Shown one piece after another: positions 38,921 through 48,065 of a stretch of DNA of 64,000 nucleotides. The position numbers and the translations under genes are program-made. The notes beneath the pieces are model-generated. The model made no database searches. It was not told the DNA's origin and was given only the letters and a program-made list of their open reading frames with translations. Each line of letters starts with the position of its first letter. The stretch's first letter is position 1. This DNA is from an uncultured virus (IMG/VR IMGVR_UViG_3300021961_000061) (Duplodnaviria > Heunggongvirae > Uroviricota > Caudoviricetes): IMG/VR virus record IMGVR_UViG_3300021961_000061. One strand, 5' to 3'.

Positions 38921-41900
38921 TTACAATAATTGTGCTTTACCAATATACACATTACCCAAACCTGTATTCCAGTTTTTAGTATTTGTGTCGATATTATTTT
39001 TATTACCCAAATTTTTAATTAGTTGAATCTGTTCTGCAGAAGGTTGTAACAATCTTTCATAAGTCAAGACTCTTTCCTTATTGAGGTTATAAGGGGTGAA
39101 AATCAAATAGTTTCTCAAAGCATTAGACTCGAAGTTATTAAGGAATGTTGCAGTTGCTTGATTTTCTGCAACATATGCTGGACGAGCAGTTCCCTTCCAA
39201 TAAGTATCGAAGGTTTGTTCAACTTGGTCAAAAGTCACATTACCCAAAACACCCTCATTATTTTGAAGATTTCCAATCAATGCATTTTTGAATGAATTAT
39301 ATTTGTTTTCATCAATAATCTCTTGAGCTAAAATAAAGTATTGTCTTCTGTTTGATTGTGGGTCAAAAAAAGTTTCTTCGGTAAAGGGTTGGAAGACAAT
39401 TGTTTTGATATTGTCTTGTAGGGCGGGTTCGTACGCAAAGTATCCTGTTAAAGTTTGACCATTAACATTAGCAACATACTGACTTTGAATAGTATCATTG
39501 AACTGCGTCATTGCAGATGCAACAATTTCAATGTCCGCAATAATTTCTTCTAAAGTATTTGTCACACCCGCAGATGATGCCGAAATTTGTGTTGTTCCTG
39601 AAATATCAAACACAGTCACATCACCATTTGTTCTTTGGTACCCATCCGTTCCCGTAGTTACAACGGTACCAGGATATGGTACAACATTAGCACGGGACAA
39701 TGTTTGAATAAATGAAGTTTGAATATCCGTAAGACTTTGAAGGATTGTTGTTGCACCGTTTTGGTATGAACTACGGTAGTTTTCTACAAATTCCTTATAG
39801 TTTCTTTTGATATTTCTAATAGTTTTGTTAGAGAAGAATCTTACCTCATCTTCCAAATATTTGATGTATCCCTCAGTATTATTGTCGATGTCATCCACGA
39901 AGTCTTTGAATACTTTATTGATATCCCTTTCCAATTGTGAGGGTTTTCCAAATAAGGGAACATTTTGTGTACCCGTTGCCCACATATTACCTTGAGTGTA
40001 GTTTCTTGAGAAAGTAAATTGTTGTCTCAATGCATTGTTGTATTGAGCATTTAAATCTTTCATTTTGTTATTTACACTCACAAAATAGGTTTGAGTTTGT
40101 GTTGCCAATAATCCCATGAAATCTTTGTACTGAATGGTTCCAATTTCTCCAGCCGCAGTATTTGTTGTTGAAGTAATCTTTCCAATTGCGTCAAGATTAC
40201 TTTGAGGTTGTGTTGTTTGAACTTGAGATATTGTCGGAGGTGGTACTTGTAAATTAAGACCTTTAACAAAATCCTCGTCGATGACTTTATAACTATCATC
40301 CGTAGCATCGGCTCTGTCATCGTAAATTTCAGTATTTGCATAGAAATTGAATGACAACGCATTCTGTAATTTGTCGACAGACTCTTTTAGACCTTGACCA
40401 CCAACAAATTGGAAAGACAAGGTAACATTAGCAATCATAGGTTGAACACCAATTCCTTCAGGATTCAAGTCCAAGTCCTCATAATTTATTGATAAATTTT
40501 CAGGGATGATTTTTGAATGGAAGAAGTCACCCACTCTCAACACCAAAACAGGTGGAGCACCGAACGCGGTGTTCACGGCATTGTTATATTGAAGTGAACT
40601 GTTACCTTGTTTGTCAACTTTAACTGTAGGTATCGTATCACCAGGTCTCATACACTGCTGTAGGAATGTCAATCTTGAATTTAATCCCTCTGGTGTAATT
40701 GAGTGGAAGGCTGGGTGGAAGAATTTCAATTTTTCTGTTAAACTATCATACACCATAGGTGTTTCCTGTTTGATAACCTCAAAATAGTCACACTCAGACA
40801 ATAAACTTCTCAGAACTCTTTTGGTAATATTATCCCTCAAAACAGTTTCTTCAACGATTGTTTGTTCAACCGTTGTAACAGGTGTTCTTTGTTCAATTAT
40901 CTCAGTATCGTAAAACGGAATAGGGTCTCCTGGGATTCGTGTTGGAATACCAGGAGTATAAGTGATATCCTCCACATTTGTTCTTCTACAAGCCATAGCG
41001 TTTATACTATAAACTTGTGCAGTTCTTGATAAAGCATCTTGACCAGTACAATTTAAAACACCGAATGTTTGTCCATTAACTCCTCTTGGGGTTACTCCTT
41101 GAGCTAATTCACCTTCTGTAATCTCAGTCAAATTTAATCTACCATTGGCAATATATTGTTTCAAGTTTCCGATAGATTCAATATACTTAATTGCGGAAAC
41201 CATTCTTCTTTGAGATAATAACTCGTTGTAGGGAACTGTTTGAGGATTCGAAGCACTACTCTTCAAAACAAGGTTACATGTCGCACCCTCATCATTTTCC
41301 ATATCCTTACTTAATTGAATAAACATTTGTTCTAAGGTATTTTTGTTACCCTCGACTACTTGTGTAAAAAACTGTGCAACTTGTGTAGACTCTCCGATTT
41401 GTGAACTTTTAGTTGCATAGACATCCTTGTTTGACTGACTCGTATAAGTGTTATAGTAAACTTGGTAATTCTGTACTTCCTGATTTGGCTTAGGAATGTC
41501 ATTTTCAAAGTATAATGAATAGTTTACATATGATTTATAATTCAAACTACCAGGTATACCTTGTCCATTGGTTGAACCTGTACCATCAGTTACACCCCCA
41601 CCATCATTCGTATTGAAAGCCCCTGATTGAGTTGTTCTTGTGTAATATGTAACCTCTTCCCTTGTAACATTTTTTGTTTCCAATCTTTGTTGGATTTCGA
41701 AAATATCATTTGGATTCACCGTATAGTATTTTCGTGCCAATTCATATAGGTCATATTTTCTACAACCCGCAAAAAATGAATCCAAAATTTCGTCGGCTCT
41801 TTGTTTAACTGTCGAATCATTCAAAACACGATTTACCAACATATTAAGAACCGAAGGGTGGTCAACCACAATTTTCCAAGATAAACTACCCGAACGAGAA

Positions 41901-43957
41901 CTGTTAGAATATGTGAACACAGGTTCAGGTCGACCAATAAAGTCCGTCTGTTTAAACGAAGCTCTTACCGATTCATTGAAAGTTAAACCATAAGGGGGGA
42001 ACCACATAACTCTACCACCATTTGGACCTCTTTCACAAATAGGTAAATCTGAATAAGTTAAACCCGGTCTGTTTGATGTTCTCCACGCCAAGTTTTCCAA
42101 AGAGAACATATACTTCTTAGCATATCCATTAGGACCACCAATCAAGTTTGTTGAGTCTTGACCCCCTTCTCTTTTGTTGGGAACAATGTTCAAGTTATAA
42201 GTCTTATCAAAAATAGAATAAGAAAATCTTCTACCCTCGGTAGTAATACCATCTTGTTTTTGTAGGTCATTGTATTGAAGGTATGGCGTATCTTTTTGGA
42301 AAATTCTACAATATTCCACACCAACTTCAGCACCAATTTCGCCGACATATCTTCTAACCTTTGAACCTTTGGTAATCTCCTTGTATCCATCGTTGAAAAC
42401 TTTGGATACTTGGTCTATGGCATTTCCAACATGTTGTAATCTTCTACCACCTCTTGGTTGGGAATCGATAATTCTTTGAGTTTGGTCCATAATCGAACCC
42501 TCCCTGAAATCAAATCCTGTTGATTCCGTTGGTTGATATGCTGAAGGTCTGAAGTCAGGGTCCTCCATAACAGGGTCACCCCCAAGTCCAACAAACTTAC
42601 CCGCGTTATCCTTATACTTTGGAGAGACCCATGTGAATCCTCCTACTATATCACCCCCACTACTATAGGTAGGACCGTTAGCACCCAAATTAAGTGCTTG
42701 ACCAGGTCCCTCATAAAGTTGAGCCAGTTCCTGTGGACCATAAACAGGAGATTGTATTTCCCTACCAAATCTATCTACAGGGATATCCCCTGATGGTGAA
42801 AATACTTGTGCAGGTTCTGATTTTACACTACCAACATAATACTCACCATTATTTGTACTTCTTCCTTGTAGAGCACCAGCAACCCTATCGAAGATTGGTC
42901 TATCATAACCAGGTTTGTAAAGGTTGTAATCTATGTTTTTGAAAAGTTGAGACCTTTGTCCCCCACCAGTATTTTCCAAAAATAATTGAGAACCCCTTAA
43001 ATTGGATTGTGAATTAAATCGAGCAAAGAACCTTCCGAGACCAGCGGTTAGATTTGGACCCAAAAACGCTGCGGCTAACTGTTGTCCTGTTGTAGGAATA
43101 CCACTATTGATTTGTGGGTCAAAATAAGAACCAGGAATAACTGAGAATGGTGCATATGAACCTGAAATTCTGTTGAGTAATCCCGCAGCGGCACCTGCTA
43201 TGGTGGAACCTTCCGTAATTGTCCAATTAGGCTCGAGTAACGGAACTCTACCATTAATAAACGCTAAGATGTCTTCCCCCCCGTTTACATTAAGGAAGTT
43301 TGCTCTTCCTAAGGTATTTCTTCGAATCTCTCTACCAATGTTGTATTCAATTTGTTTTCTTAAATTGGTAGCACCGAGTTTGGCTAAGTAAGAATCACTT
43401 GAAAGAAGGCCATTAGAACCTTGTGGGTCAGGAGACAACATGATTCCCAAAGTTGGGTAAGACGATGGGTTAAAGTTGGGGTAGGGTTGTGCATTACTAG
43501 TTCTTCCGTTGTTTTGAGTGAGTATCTCCAAACTATTAATAAACTGAGCAGCATCTAACAATTGGTCGGTGTTAGCGTACGCATTCAAAGGTTTCCACGC
43601 AGGGGCTACACCAGGGAATCCTGTTTGAGCGGCAATAAAACCTTCGTCAATAATGTTGGCATCTTGATATCCATATTCCCCCTCGTTGGAGTTTGTGTTG
43701 TTCAGAACATTGACATCTCTTACTTGAGAATATCCCCCATCAGCACCATATTGGTTGAGGGGATAAAGTAAGTTGGCTAAAATGGGGGTATCAATCAAAG
43801 TATCATCTGTGTCTACAGGTGACAGGTCTCTTTGAATAGTTTCGTAGTTATATGGGGGGTTTGGAAATTTAGGAGACTTCTGATAGGGTTTTAAATTCCT
43901 AACTACCAGTTTTTTCCTGAAAACTTCTGAACTTGGAAAATCAAGTGGGCTACCCAT
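38921..43957 (-). CDS. Large baseplate/tail-tube initiator-like protein with an inserted OmpA-like domain
   Basis: 1678 aa. 'FIGRPEPVFTYSNSSRSGSLSWKIVVDHP' and 'APPVLVLRVGDFF...GVQPMIANVTLSF' (tube-initiator-like halves) flank 'YFENDIP...SAS...YNELLSQRRMVSA...RR'. Confidence 0.6.
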   Translation of the reverse strand: MGSPLDFPSSEVFRKKLVVRNLKPYQKSPKFPNPPYNYETIQRDLSPVDTDDTLIDTPILANLLYPLNQYGADGGYSQVRDVNVLNNTNSNEGEYGYQDANIIDEGFIAAQTGFPGVAPAWKPLNAYANTDQLLDAAQFINSLEILTQNNGRTSNAQPYPNFNPSSYPTLGIMLSPDPQGSNGLLSSDSYLAKLGATNLRKQIEYNIGREIRRNTLGRANFLNVNGGEDILAFINGRVPLLEPNWTITEGSTIAGAAAGLLNRISGSYAPFSVIPGSYFDPQINSGIPTTGQQLAAAFLGPNLTAGLGRFFARFNSQSNLRGSQLFLENTGGGQRSQLFKNIDYNLYKPGYDRPIFDRVAGALQGRSTNNGEYYVGSVKSEPAQVFSPSGDIPVDRFGREIQSPVYGPQELAQLYEGPGQALNLGANGPTYSSGGDIVGGFTWVSPKYKDNAGKFVGLGGDPVMEDPDFRPSAYQPTESTGFDFREGSIMDQTQRIIDSQPRGGRRLQHVGNAIDQVSKVFNDGYKEITKGSKVRRYVGEIGAEVGVEYCRIFQKDTPYLQYNDLQKQDGITTEGRRFSYSIFDKTYNLNIVPNKREGGQDSTNLIGGPNGYAKKYMFSLENLAWRTSNRPGLTYSDLPICERGPNGGRVMWFPPYGLTFNESVRASFKQTDFIGRPEPVFTYSNSSRSGSLSWKIVVDHPSVLNMLVNRVLNDSTVKQRADEILDSFFAGCRKYDLYELARKYYTVNPNDIFEIQQRLETKNVTREEVTYYTRTTQSGAFNTNDGGGVTDGTGSTNGQGIPGSLNYKSYVNYSLYFENDIPKPNQEVQNYQVYYNTYTSQSNKDVYATKSSQIGESTQVAQFFTQVVEGNKNTLEQMFIQLSKDMENDEGATCNLVLKSSASNPQTVPYNELLSQRRMVSAIKYIESIGNLKQYIANGRLNLTEITEGELAQGVTPRGVNGQTFGVLNCTGQDALSRTAQVYSINAMACRRTNVEDITYTPGIPTRIPGDPIPFYDTEIIEQRTPVTTVEQTIVEETVLRDNITKRVLRSLLSECDYFEVIKQETPMVYDSLTEKLKFFHPAFHSITPEGLNSRLTFLQQCMRPGDTIPTVKVDKQGNSSLQYNNAVNTAFGAPPVLVLRVGDFFHSKIIPENLSINYEDLDLNPEGIGVQPMIANVTLSFQFVGGQGLKESVDKLQNALSFNFYANTEIYDDRADATDDSYKVIDEDFVKGLNLQVPPPTISQVQTTQPQSNLDAIGKITSTTNTAAGEIGTIQYKDFMGLLATQTQTYFVSVNNKMKDLNAQYNNALRQQFTFSRNYTQGNMWATGTQNVPLFGKPSQLERDINKVFKDFVDDIDNNTEGYIKYLEDEVRFFSNKTIRNIKRNYKEFVENYRSSYQNGATTILQSLTDIQTSFIQTLSRANVVPYPGTVVTTGTDGYQRTNGDVTVFDISGTTQISASSAGVTNTLEEIIADIEIVASAMTQFNDTIQSQYVANVNGQTLTGYFAYEPALQDNIKTIVFQPFTEETFFDPQSNRRQYFILAQEIIDENKYNSFKNALIGNLQNNEGVLGNVTFDQVEQTFDTYWKGTARPAYVAENQATATFLNNFESNALRNYLIFTPYNLNKERVLTYERLLQPSAEQIQLIKNLGNKNNIDTNTKNWNTGLGNVYIGKAQLL

Positions 43958-43969
43958 TTCTTTTTATAC

Positions 43970-43977
43970 TATAAATA
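43970..43977 (-). promoter_or_regulatory. Putative late-gene motif TATTTATA
   Basis: 12 nt upstream of the ATG at 43957. Confidence 0.55.
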
Positions 43978-43982
43978 GATTT

Positions 43983-45605
43983 TTAATTATTTTTGAATTC
44001 TCTAATTGCAACATCCGCTTGAGATTTGACAATCTCATAAATTTTTTCGTGTATTTCTGGTTTGTTAAAGATTGTATCAATTTGTTGTTGTGACAATGTG
44101 GTAGGAGCTTCCACTCTGATGACAATTTCACCATCAATATCCACTTCACTTTGAGTTGTTATAGGTGAACCTCCTCTACCCCCTCTACCTCCACGAGCAC
44201 CAGATTCTCCCCTCAGCTCAAACAATTCATCCATATCACTTAAACTAGCCCCTAATTTGGCGTTGATTTCAGCAAAAGTGGTTTCCCCTTGGATTAACTT
44301 TTGTATTTCTTCGGTGAGCATATCACCCATCGGTTGTAGTTTTTCTCTGAATTCCTCACTACTTGCGAAACCTTGGTCCCCTAAGTATCTATCAGCAATT
44401 TCACCACCTCTTGTCCTAACAGTTTCAAACGCTCTTGTTAGTCCCTCTTGCCCTGCAATTGCATATCCAATTCTCAATGGTAATGCCGCAATATCTTTTT
44501 GTAATAAATCCAAAGTATCGAGTTGAGCTCTTTGTACCTCTTCAATTGTTTTGGGTGTATCTTCGTATTGTTTTCTTAATTTACCGAATTCTTCTTGTGT
44601 AAGTTGTCCTAACTCTACCTGTCCCTTATCTTCTAATTCAACATAATATCTTCCATCTTCCCCGAGTTTAGCCATATTTGCAATTAACATCTTATCCTCT
44701 TCAGGGGCATTAATATCAAAATTAATACTCGACAGTCTTCTGTCCATATCAGCCGCTGCCAGTGCAGTTTTACTAAACTCTTGGTAAGAAATACCAGCAG
44801 TTTCGGCAAGTTCCTTCATTAACCTGACACCTCCTGGATTAATTCTAAACGATTGTGTTTTTTCATCAAAGTAAGTAAACTGCTTGGTCATATCAATCAA
44901 GGAGTCCTGAAGTCCTGCTGGGTCATTAATTGCCTTGTCCATCAAGATAAATGGGTCGACTAAGTCTCCTGATGCAACCCCTAATCTTTGGAAAGCCGCG
45001 GCCATTTGAATAGCACCTTCAGGATTGAGAACCTTATCTGCAAAATCCGCAGTCTTTTGCATATCAAATCTCAACATTGAAGCTTGGGCCGCCATTTTGG
45101 TGAATCCCATAACACCCCCTTCAAAATTGAATCGATTCATTAAATCCATTCTATTTGTAACATCACCCATAATAGTGACCGCATTCAATCCTAATGATTG
45201 AACATATTGAATGGAACCTTCAAGATTTTCGGCAATGTTGGAAAATTCAATACCCGCCTCAGCGAATCTTTCAACTAAGAAATCAGTTTCTGTGTTGAGG
45301 TATTGAGATGTTGCATATATCTCTAATAAACTTTCTTTTGAGGCAACAACATTTCGTCTAGCTCCTTGACCAATTTTTTCGATTGTGTCGCTAATTGAAG
45401 TAAAATCTCCACCTAATCTGGTAATATCACTTACACTATCCGCAACAACTTTTGCAAACTCTTGATATCTTTCACGAGTTTCCCCAAAACCCCTATTAAT
45501 TTGTTGTATACCGTCTTGGATTCTATTGATATTTCCAATCAAATCCGCAGACTCCTTTAAAGAAGCTTTGATATTACCCAAAAAACCTAAATCATCATCC
45601 GCCAT
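43983..45605 (-). CDS. Tape measure protein (probable)
   Basis: 540-aa alpha-helical Ala/Gln/Glu-rich protein in the canonical position after the tube and chaperone genes. Confidence 0.65.
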   Translation of the reverse strand: MADDDLGFLGNIKASLKESADLIGNINRIQDGIQQINRGFGETRERYQEFAKVVADSVSDITRLGGDFTSISDTIEKIGQGARRNVVASKESLLEIYATSQYLNTETDFLVERFAEAGIEFSNIAENLEGSIQYVQSLGLNAVTIMGDVTNRMDLMNRFNFEGGVMGFTKMAAQASMLRFDMQKTADFADKVLNPEGAIQMAAAFQRLGVASGDLVDPFILMDKAINDPAGLQDSLIDMTKQFTYFDEKTQSFRINPGGVRLMKELAETAGISYQEFSKTALAAADMDRRLSSINFDINAPEEDKMLIANMAKLGEDGRYYVELEDKGQVELGQLTQEEFGKLRKQYEDTPKTIEEVQRAQLDTLDLLQKDIAALPLRIGYAIAGQEGLTRAFETVRTRGGEIADRYLGDQGFASSEEFREKLQPMGDMLTEEIQKLIQGETTFAEINAKLGASLSDMDELFELRGESGARGGRGGRGGSPITTQSEVDIDGEIVIRVEAPTTLSQQQIDTIFNKPEIHEKIYEIVKSQADVAIREFKNN

Positions 45606-45632
45606 AAAGGAGTTTTCTTAATAAATAGATTA

Positions 45633-45791
45633 TTAGGTTTTTTTCTGTTTTTCCTCAATCCACTTATTAAGAAGATATTTTCGGATAAAAACCGGCATTT
45701 CAAGAAAATCCGTGTAAGTGGTGCCGAAAATTTGTGACAAATAGTAATACTCGTCGATTTGTCCTTTTCGATAATCAGAAGAAAGGACGAA
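45633..45791 (-). CDS. Frameshift-accessed C-terminal extension of the tail assembly chaperone (gp51-like / GT-like)
   Basis: The +1 frame overlapping the end of 45775..46518 reads FVLSSDYRKGQIDEYYYLSQIFGTTYTDFLEMPVFIRKYLLNKWIEEKQKKT*. No ATG at its 5' end; slippery TTT TTT CGT at 45795-45787. Confidence 0.7.
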   Translation of the reverse strand, partial: FVLSSDYRKGQIDEYYYLSQIFGTTYTDFLEMPVFIRKYLLNKWIEEKQKKT

Positions 45792-46518
45792 AAAAGTCAA
45801 CCCCAAAGCCTATGTTAACACTTAGCTTTTCTCCTGATGGGGCAATAATAACCCGATTCATATCTAATCTGGGTTCGTTTTCGTTCATGAATTTTTTTAT
45901 GTACTTTGAATCCGCCAATGGCATTGATTCTACGAATTTTTGAATTGTAGACTTATCTGTATTTCCGTCAATAGAGACCACTTCTCTTTCAAGTCTCCAT
46001 GTTCTTACAGGTGCAACCCTTCCTTGGGGGTAAGTGTCTGATAAATTATTAATTTCAATACTCTCTCCATAGGTTAAAGGTTTTAGTTTAACCTTTTTCC
46101 CTGACCTTGGTAATTCCGTAGTAAAGGTCCCATCTTCGTCAGGTTGAACTCCTTGTTTGATGTTTAACTCATCGAGTCTTTCATTAGCTTGAAATTTTTT
46201 TCCTGTTTGAGGGTCCACCAAGTTTAGTTCAATATTTGGACCAAATGCCGTGTTTCTCAAAAAAATCAGAATTGCTTCGACATCAGATTCTAACAAGTCC
46301 TCAGGTCTGAATCCTGGTTCATAAATCTTAGCTCTAAGTAAATTAGTTGTCATATCTTTACCACCAGCCATAAGGATGTTCTCATCACTAGCAGTCAAAT
46401 ATCCAACCTTTAAAGAGGCCTTTTTATTCTTGTAAAAAATACCTTTAGAAGGTAAGGGCACTACATCATGTGGTAGTGAAAACTGTTGTTGTCCGTAATT
46501 TTGAGTATCTTGGTCCAT
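45775..46518 (-). CDS. Tail assembly chaperone / baseplate hub assembly protein (T4 gp26-like)
   Basis: 'VPLPSKGIFY', 'LTASDENIL', 'DVEAILIFLRNTAFG', 'LPRSGKKVKLKPLT', ends 'DFFRPFF'; lies between the tube and tape measure genes. Confidence 0.75.
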   Translation of the reverse strand: MDQDTQNYGQQQFSLPHDVVPLPSKGIFYKNKKASLKVGYLTASDENILMAGGKDMTTNLLRAKIYEPGFRPEDLLESDVEAILIFLRNTAFGPNIELNLVDPQTGKKFQANERLDELNIKQGVQPDEDGTFTTELPRSGKKVKLKPLTYGESIEINNLSDTYPQGRVAPVRTWRLEREVVSIDGNTDKSTIQKFVESMPLADSKYIKKFMNENEPRLDMNRVIIAPSGEKLSVNIGFGVDFFRPFF

Positions 46519-46525
46519 ATAAATT

Positions 46526-46555
46526 AAAAAAACCGTAGAGTTTGGCTCTACGGTT
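46526..46555 (-). terminator. Rho-independent terminator after the tail tube gene
   Basis: AACCGTAGAG-CCAAA-CTCTACGGTT-TTTTT. Confidence 0.8.
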
Positions 46556-46591
46556 AAATATAAAGTTTAATAAAAGTAAATAAATACAATA

Positions 46592-47080
46592 TTAGTAAAT
46601 TAACACACAACGGTCCATTCTTAAAGTCGCACTGATTGTTGCCAATCCGTCTTGGTTGTATGCAAGTGTGTTAAAGTTAACATCTGTTAAGAAAGTACCA
46701 TAAAGAATCCATTTTTCAACAACAACTCCTGTTGGGTCCAACATTTCGAGGTCGATGTCTTTTTTGTAACCAGCGGCATAACCCATACGACCAGTCACAG
46801 ATTCAGCATGAAGACGAACCCACTCCATTAGAGCTTGAGCCGCCGAAGGACCGATTGGGTCTCTGAAAACAACGGGTATTGTTTGCCAATTGAATCTACC
46901 AGCAACAAATGTTGATGTGTTTAGGAATGGAATTTCCGTTGGGTTAATAATGATGTGTGGTCTTGCAGTAGATTCCACAAACCATTCGTTAATCCCTAAC
47001 GATGATGGAAACCTTAGTATGAACCTGTTTTGTCTTTTGGGTTCGTAAGGTATCGGCATTTTCATTAATAAATCCGCCAT
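46592..47080 (-). CDS. Tail tube protein (T4 gp19-like)
   Basis: 'YEPKRQNRF', 'AGRFNWQTI', 'MEWVRL', 'YKKDIDLEMLDPTGVVVEKWILYG'. Confidence 0.9.
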   Translation of the reverse strand: MADLLMKMPIPYEPKRQNRFILRFPSSLGINEWFVESTARPHIIINPTEIPFLNTSTFVAGRFNWQTIPVVFRDPIGPSAAQALMEWVRLHAESVTGRMGYAAGYKKDIDLEMLDPTGVVVEKWILYGTFLTDVNFNTLAYNQDGLATISATLRMDRCVLIY

Positions 47081-47113
47081 AGTACTTTCTTTTTTTTACT
47101 TTTATCTTTTTAA

Positions 47114-47121
47114 TATAAATA
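47114..47121 (-). promoter_or_regulatory. Putative late-gene motif TATTTATA
   Basis: 33 nt upstream of the tube ATG. Confidence 0.55.
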
Positions 47122-47192
47122 TACCCCGAGAATAAAATTTTTAGCTTTACTTTTTTTTCGGGAAAATTATTCTCTCTACTAGAATTGCGCTA

Positions 47193-48014
47193 CTAGTATT
47201 CTTTTTTTATTCCTCCTTTAGTTGAATATGTCTTTACTGGTTCTTTAATATCTTTAAAGTAATTCTTAATAGTTTCTACATTCTTTTCATCATCATCTGA
47301 AAATCCGATAAGAGGCTTCTTAGGTATAAACTTATTTGCAATTCCTTTCTTTAGATAAGCCTGCTTTTGAAGCATGGCTGCCATAGATTTTACATAATTA
47401 ACAAAATTGGCCATTGCACGAACCTTTGCCTCCTCAGGGGAGGTCGCTTCTTCTGAGACACCAAAACTCACAGGGTTATACTTATTGAGTTCTAAATAGG
47501 ATTTAATGAGTTCATTATCATCCATGTCGTCTTCTTCAGTAAAATCACGATATTTCTTTAAATTCTTAACTAACTCTTTTTTTGATATACCATTAAAATC
47601 ATTTTGAATGTATTGGTAAATCGCTTTTTTAAGGGTATCAGGATGGTGACCACGGGCTGTAATAATTGCAAAAATTGAACCATTATTAAGAGCTTCTTTG
47701 AAGTCATTCCATGCCGGTCCTACTTTTGCTTTGAGAGAATCCTTAAGAAACTTTTTGTCGCCGTTCACACCAAAATGACGAAAGGCGTTTGGTGCATAAT
47801 CAACTACATTGTGATTGTTGTATAAAAATTCTTCTTTTCCGATTCTACTTCTATAATTAGCAAAATCTTCAGTGGTCATTTCGACCTCCTCCCCAATATC
47901 ATCCACAAGGATTATTTTAGTTGGCATGTGGACAATGTTGTCATCCCAATCAAAAGCATAGTATTTTAAATCGGGAGTTCCTACTTGGAAGGATTCTTTT
48001 ATGGTCGTTTTCAT
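47193..48014 (-). CDS. HAD-superfamily phosphatase-like protein
   Basis: Motif I 'AFDWDDNI', motif II 'IITARG', Lys 'EAK', motif IV 'FSDDDEKN'. Confidence 0.75.
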   Translation of the reverse strand: MKTTIKESFQVGTPDLKYYAFDWDDNIVHMPTKIILVDDIGEEVEMTTEDFANYRSRIGKEEFLYNNHNVVDYAPNAFRHFGVNGDKKFLKDSLKAKVGPAWNDFKEALNNGSIFAIITARGHHPDTLKKAIYQYIQNDFNGISKKELVKNLKKYRDFTEEDDMDDNELIKSYLELNKYNPVSFGVSEEATSPEEAKVRAMANFVNYVKSMAAMLQKQAYLKKGIANKFIPKKPLIGFSDDDEKNVETIKNYFKDIKEPVKTYSTKGGIKKEY

Positions 48015-48026
48015 TTCGAATTAGGC

Positions 48027-48057
48027 AAAAAAAGGGTGGGAAGTAATTTTCCCACCC
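48027..48057 (-). terminator. Rho-independent terminator after the tail sheath gene
   Basis: GGGTGGGAA-AATTAC-TTCCCACCC-TTTTTTT. Confidence 0.85.
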
Positions 48058-48065
48058 CAAAGATA

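Noticed and set aside
30124..48057. Shared GGGTGGG...CCCACCC in two hairpins as a dispersed repeat family
   Set aside because: Only two short copies, both adequately explained as intrinsic terminators.
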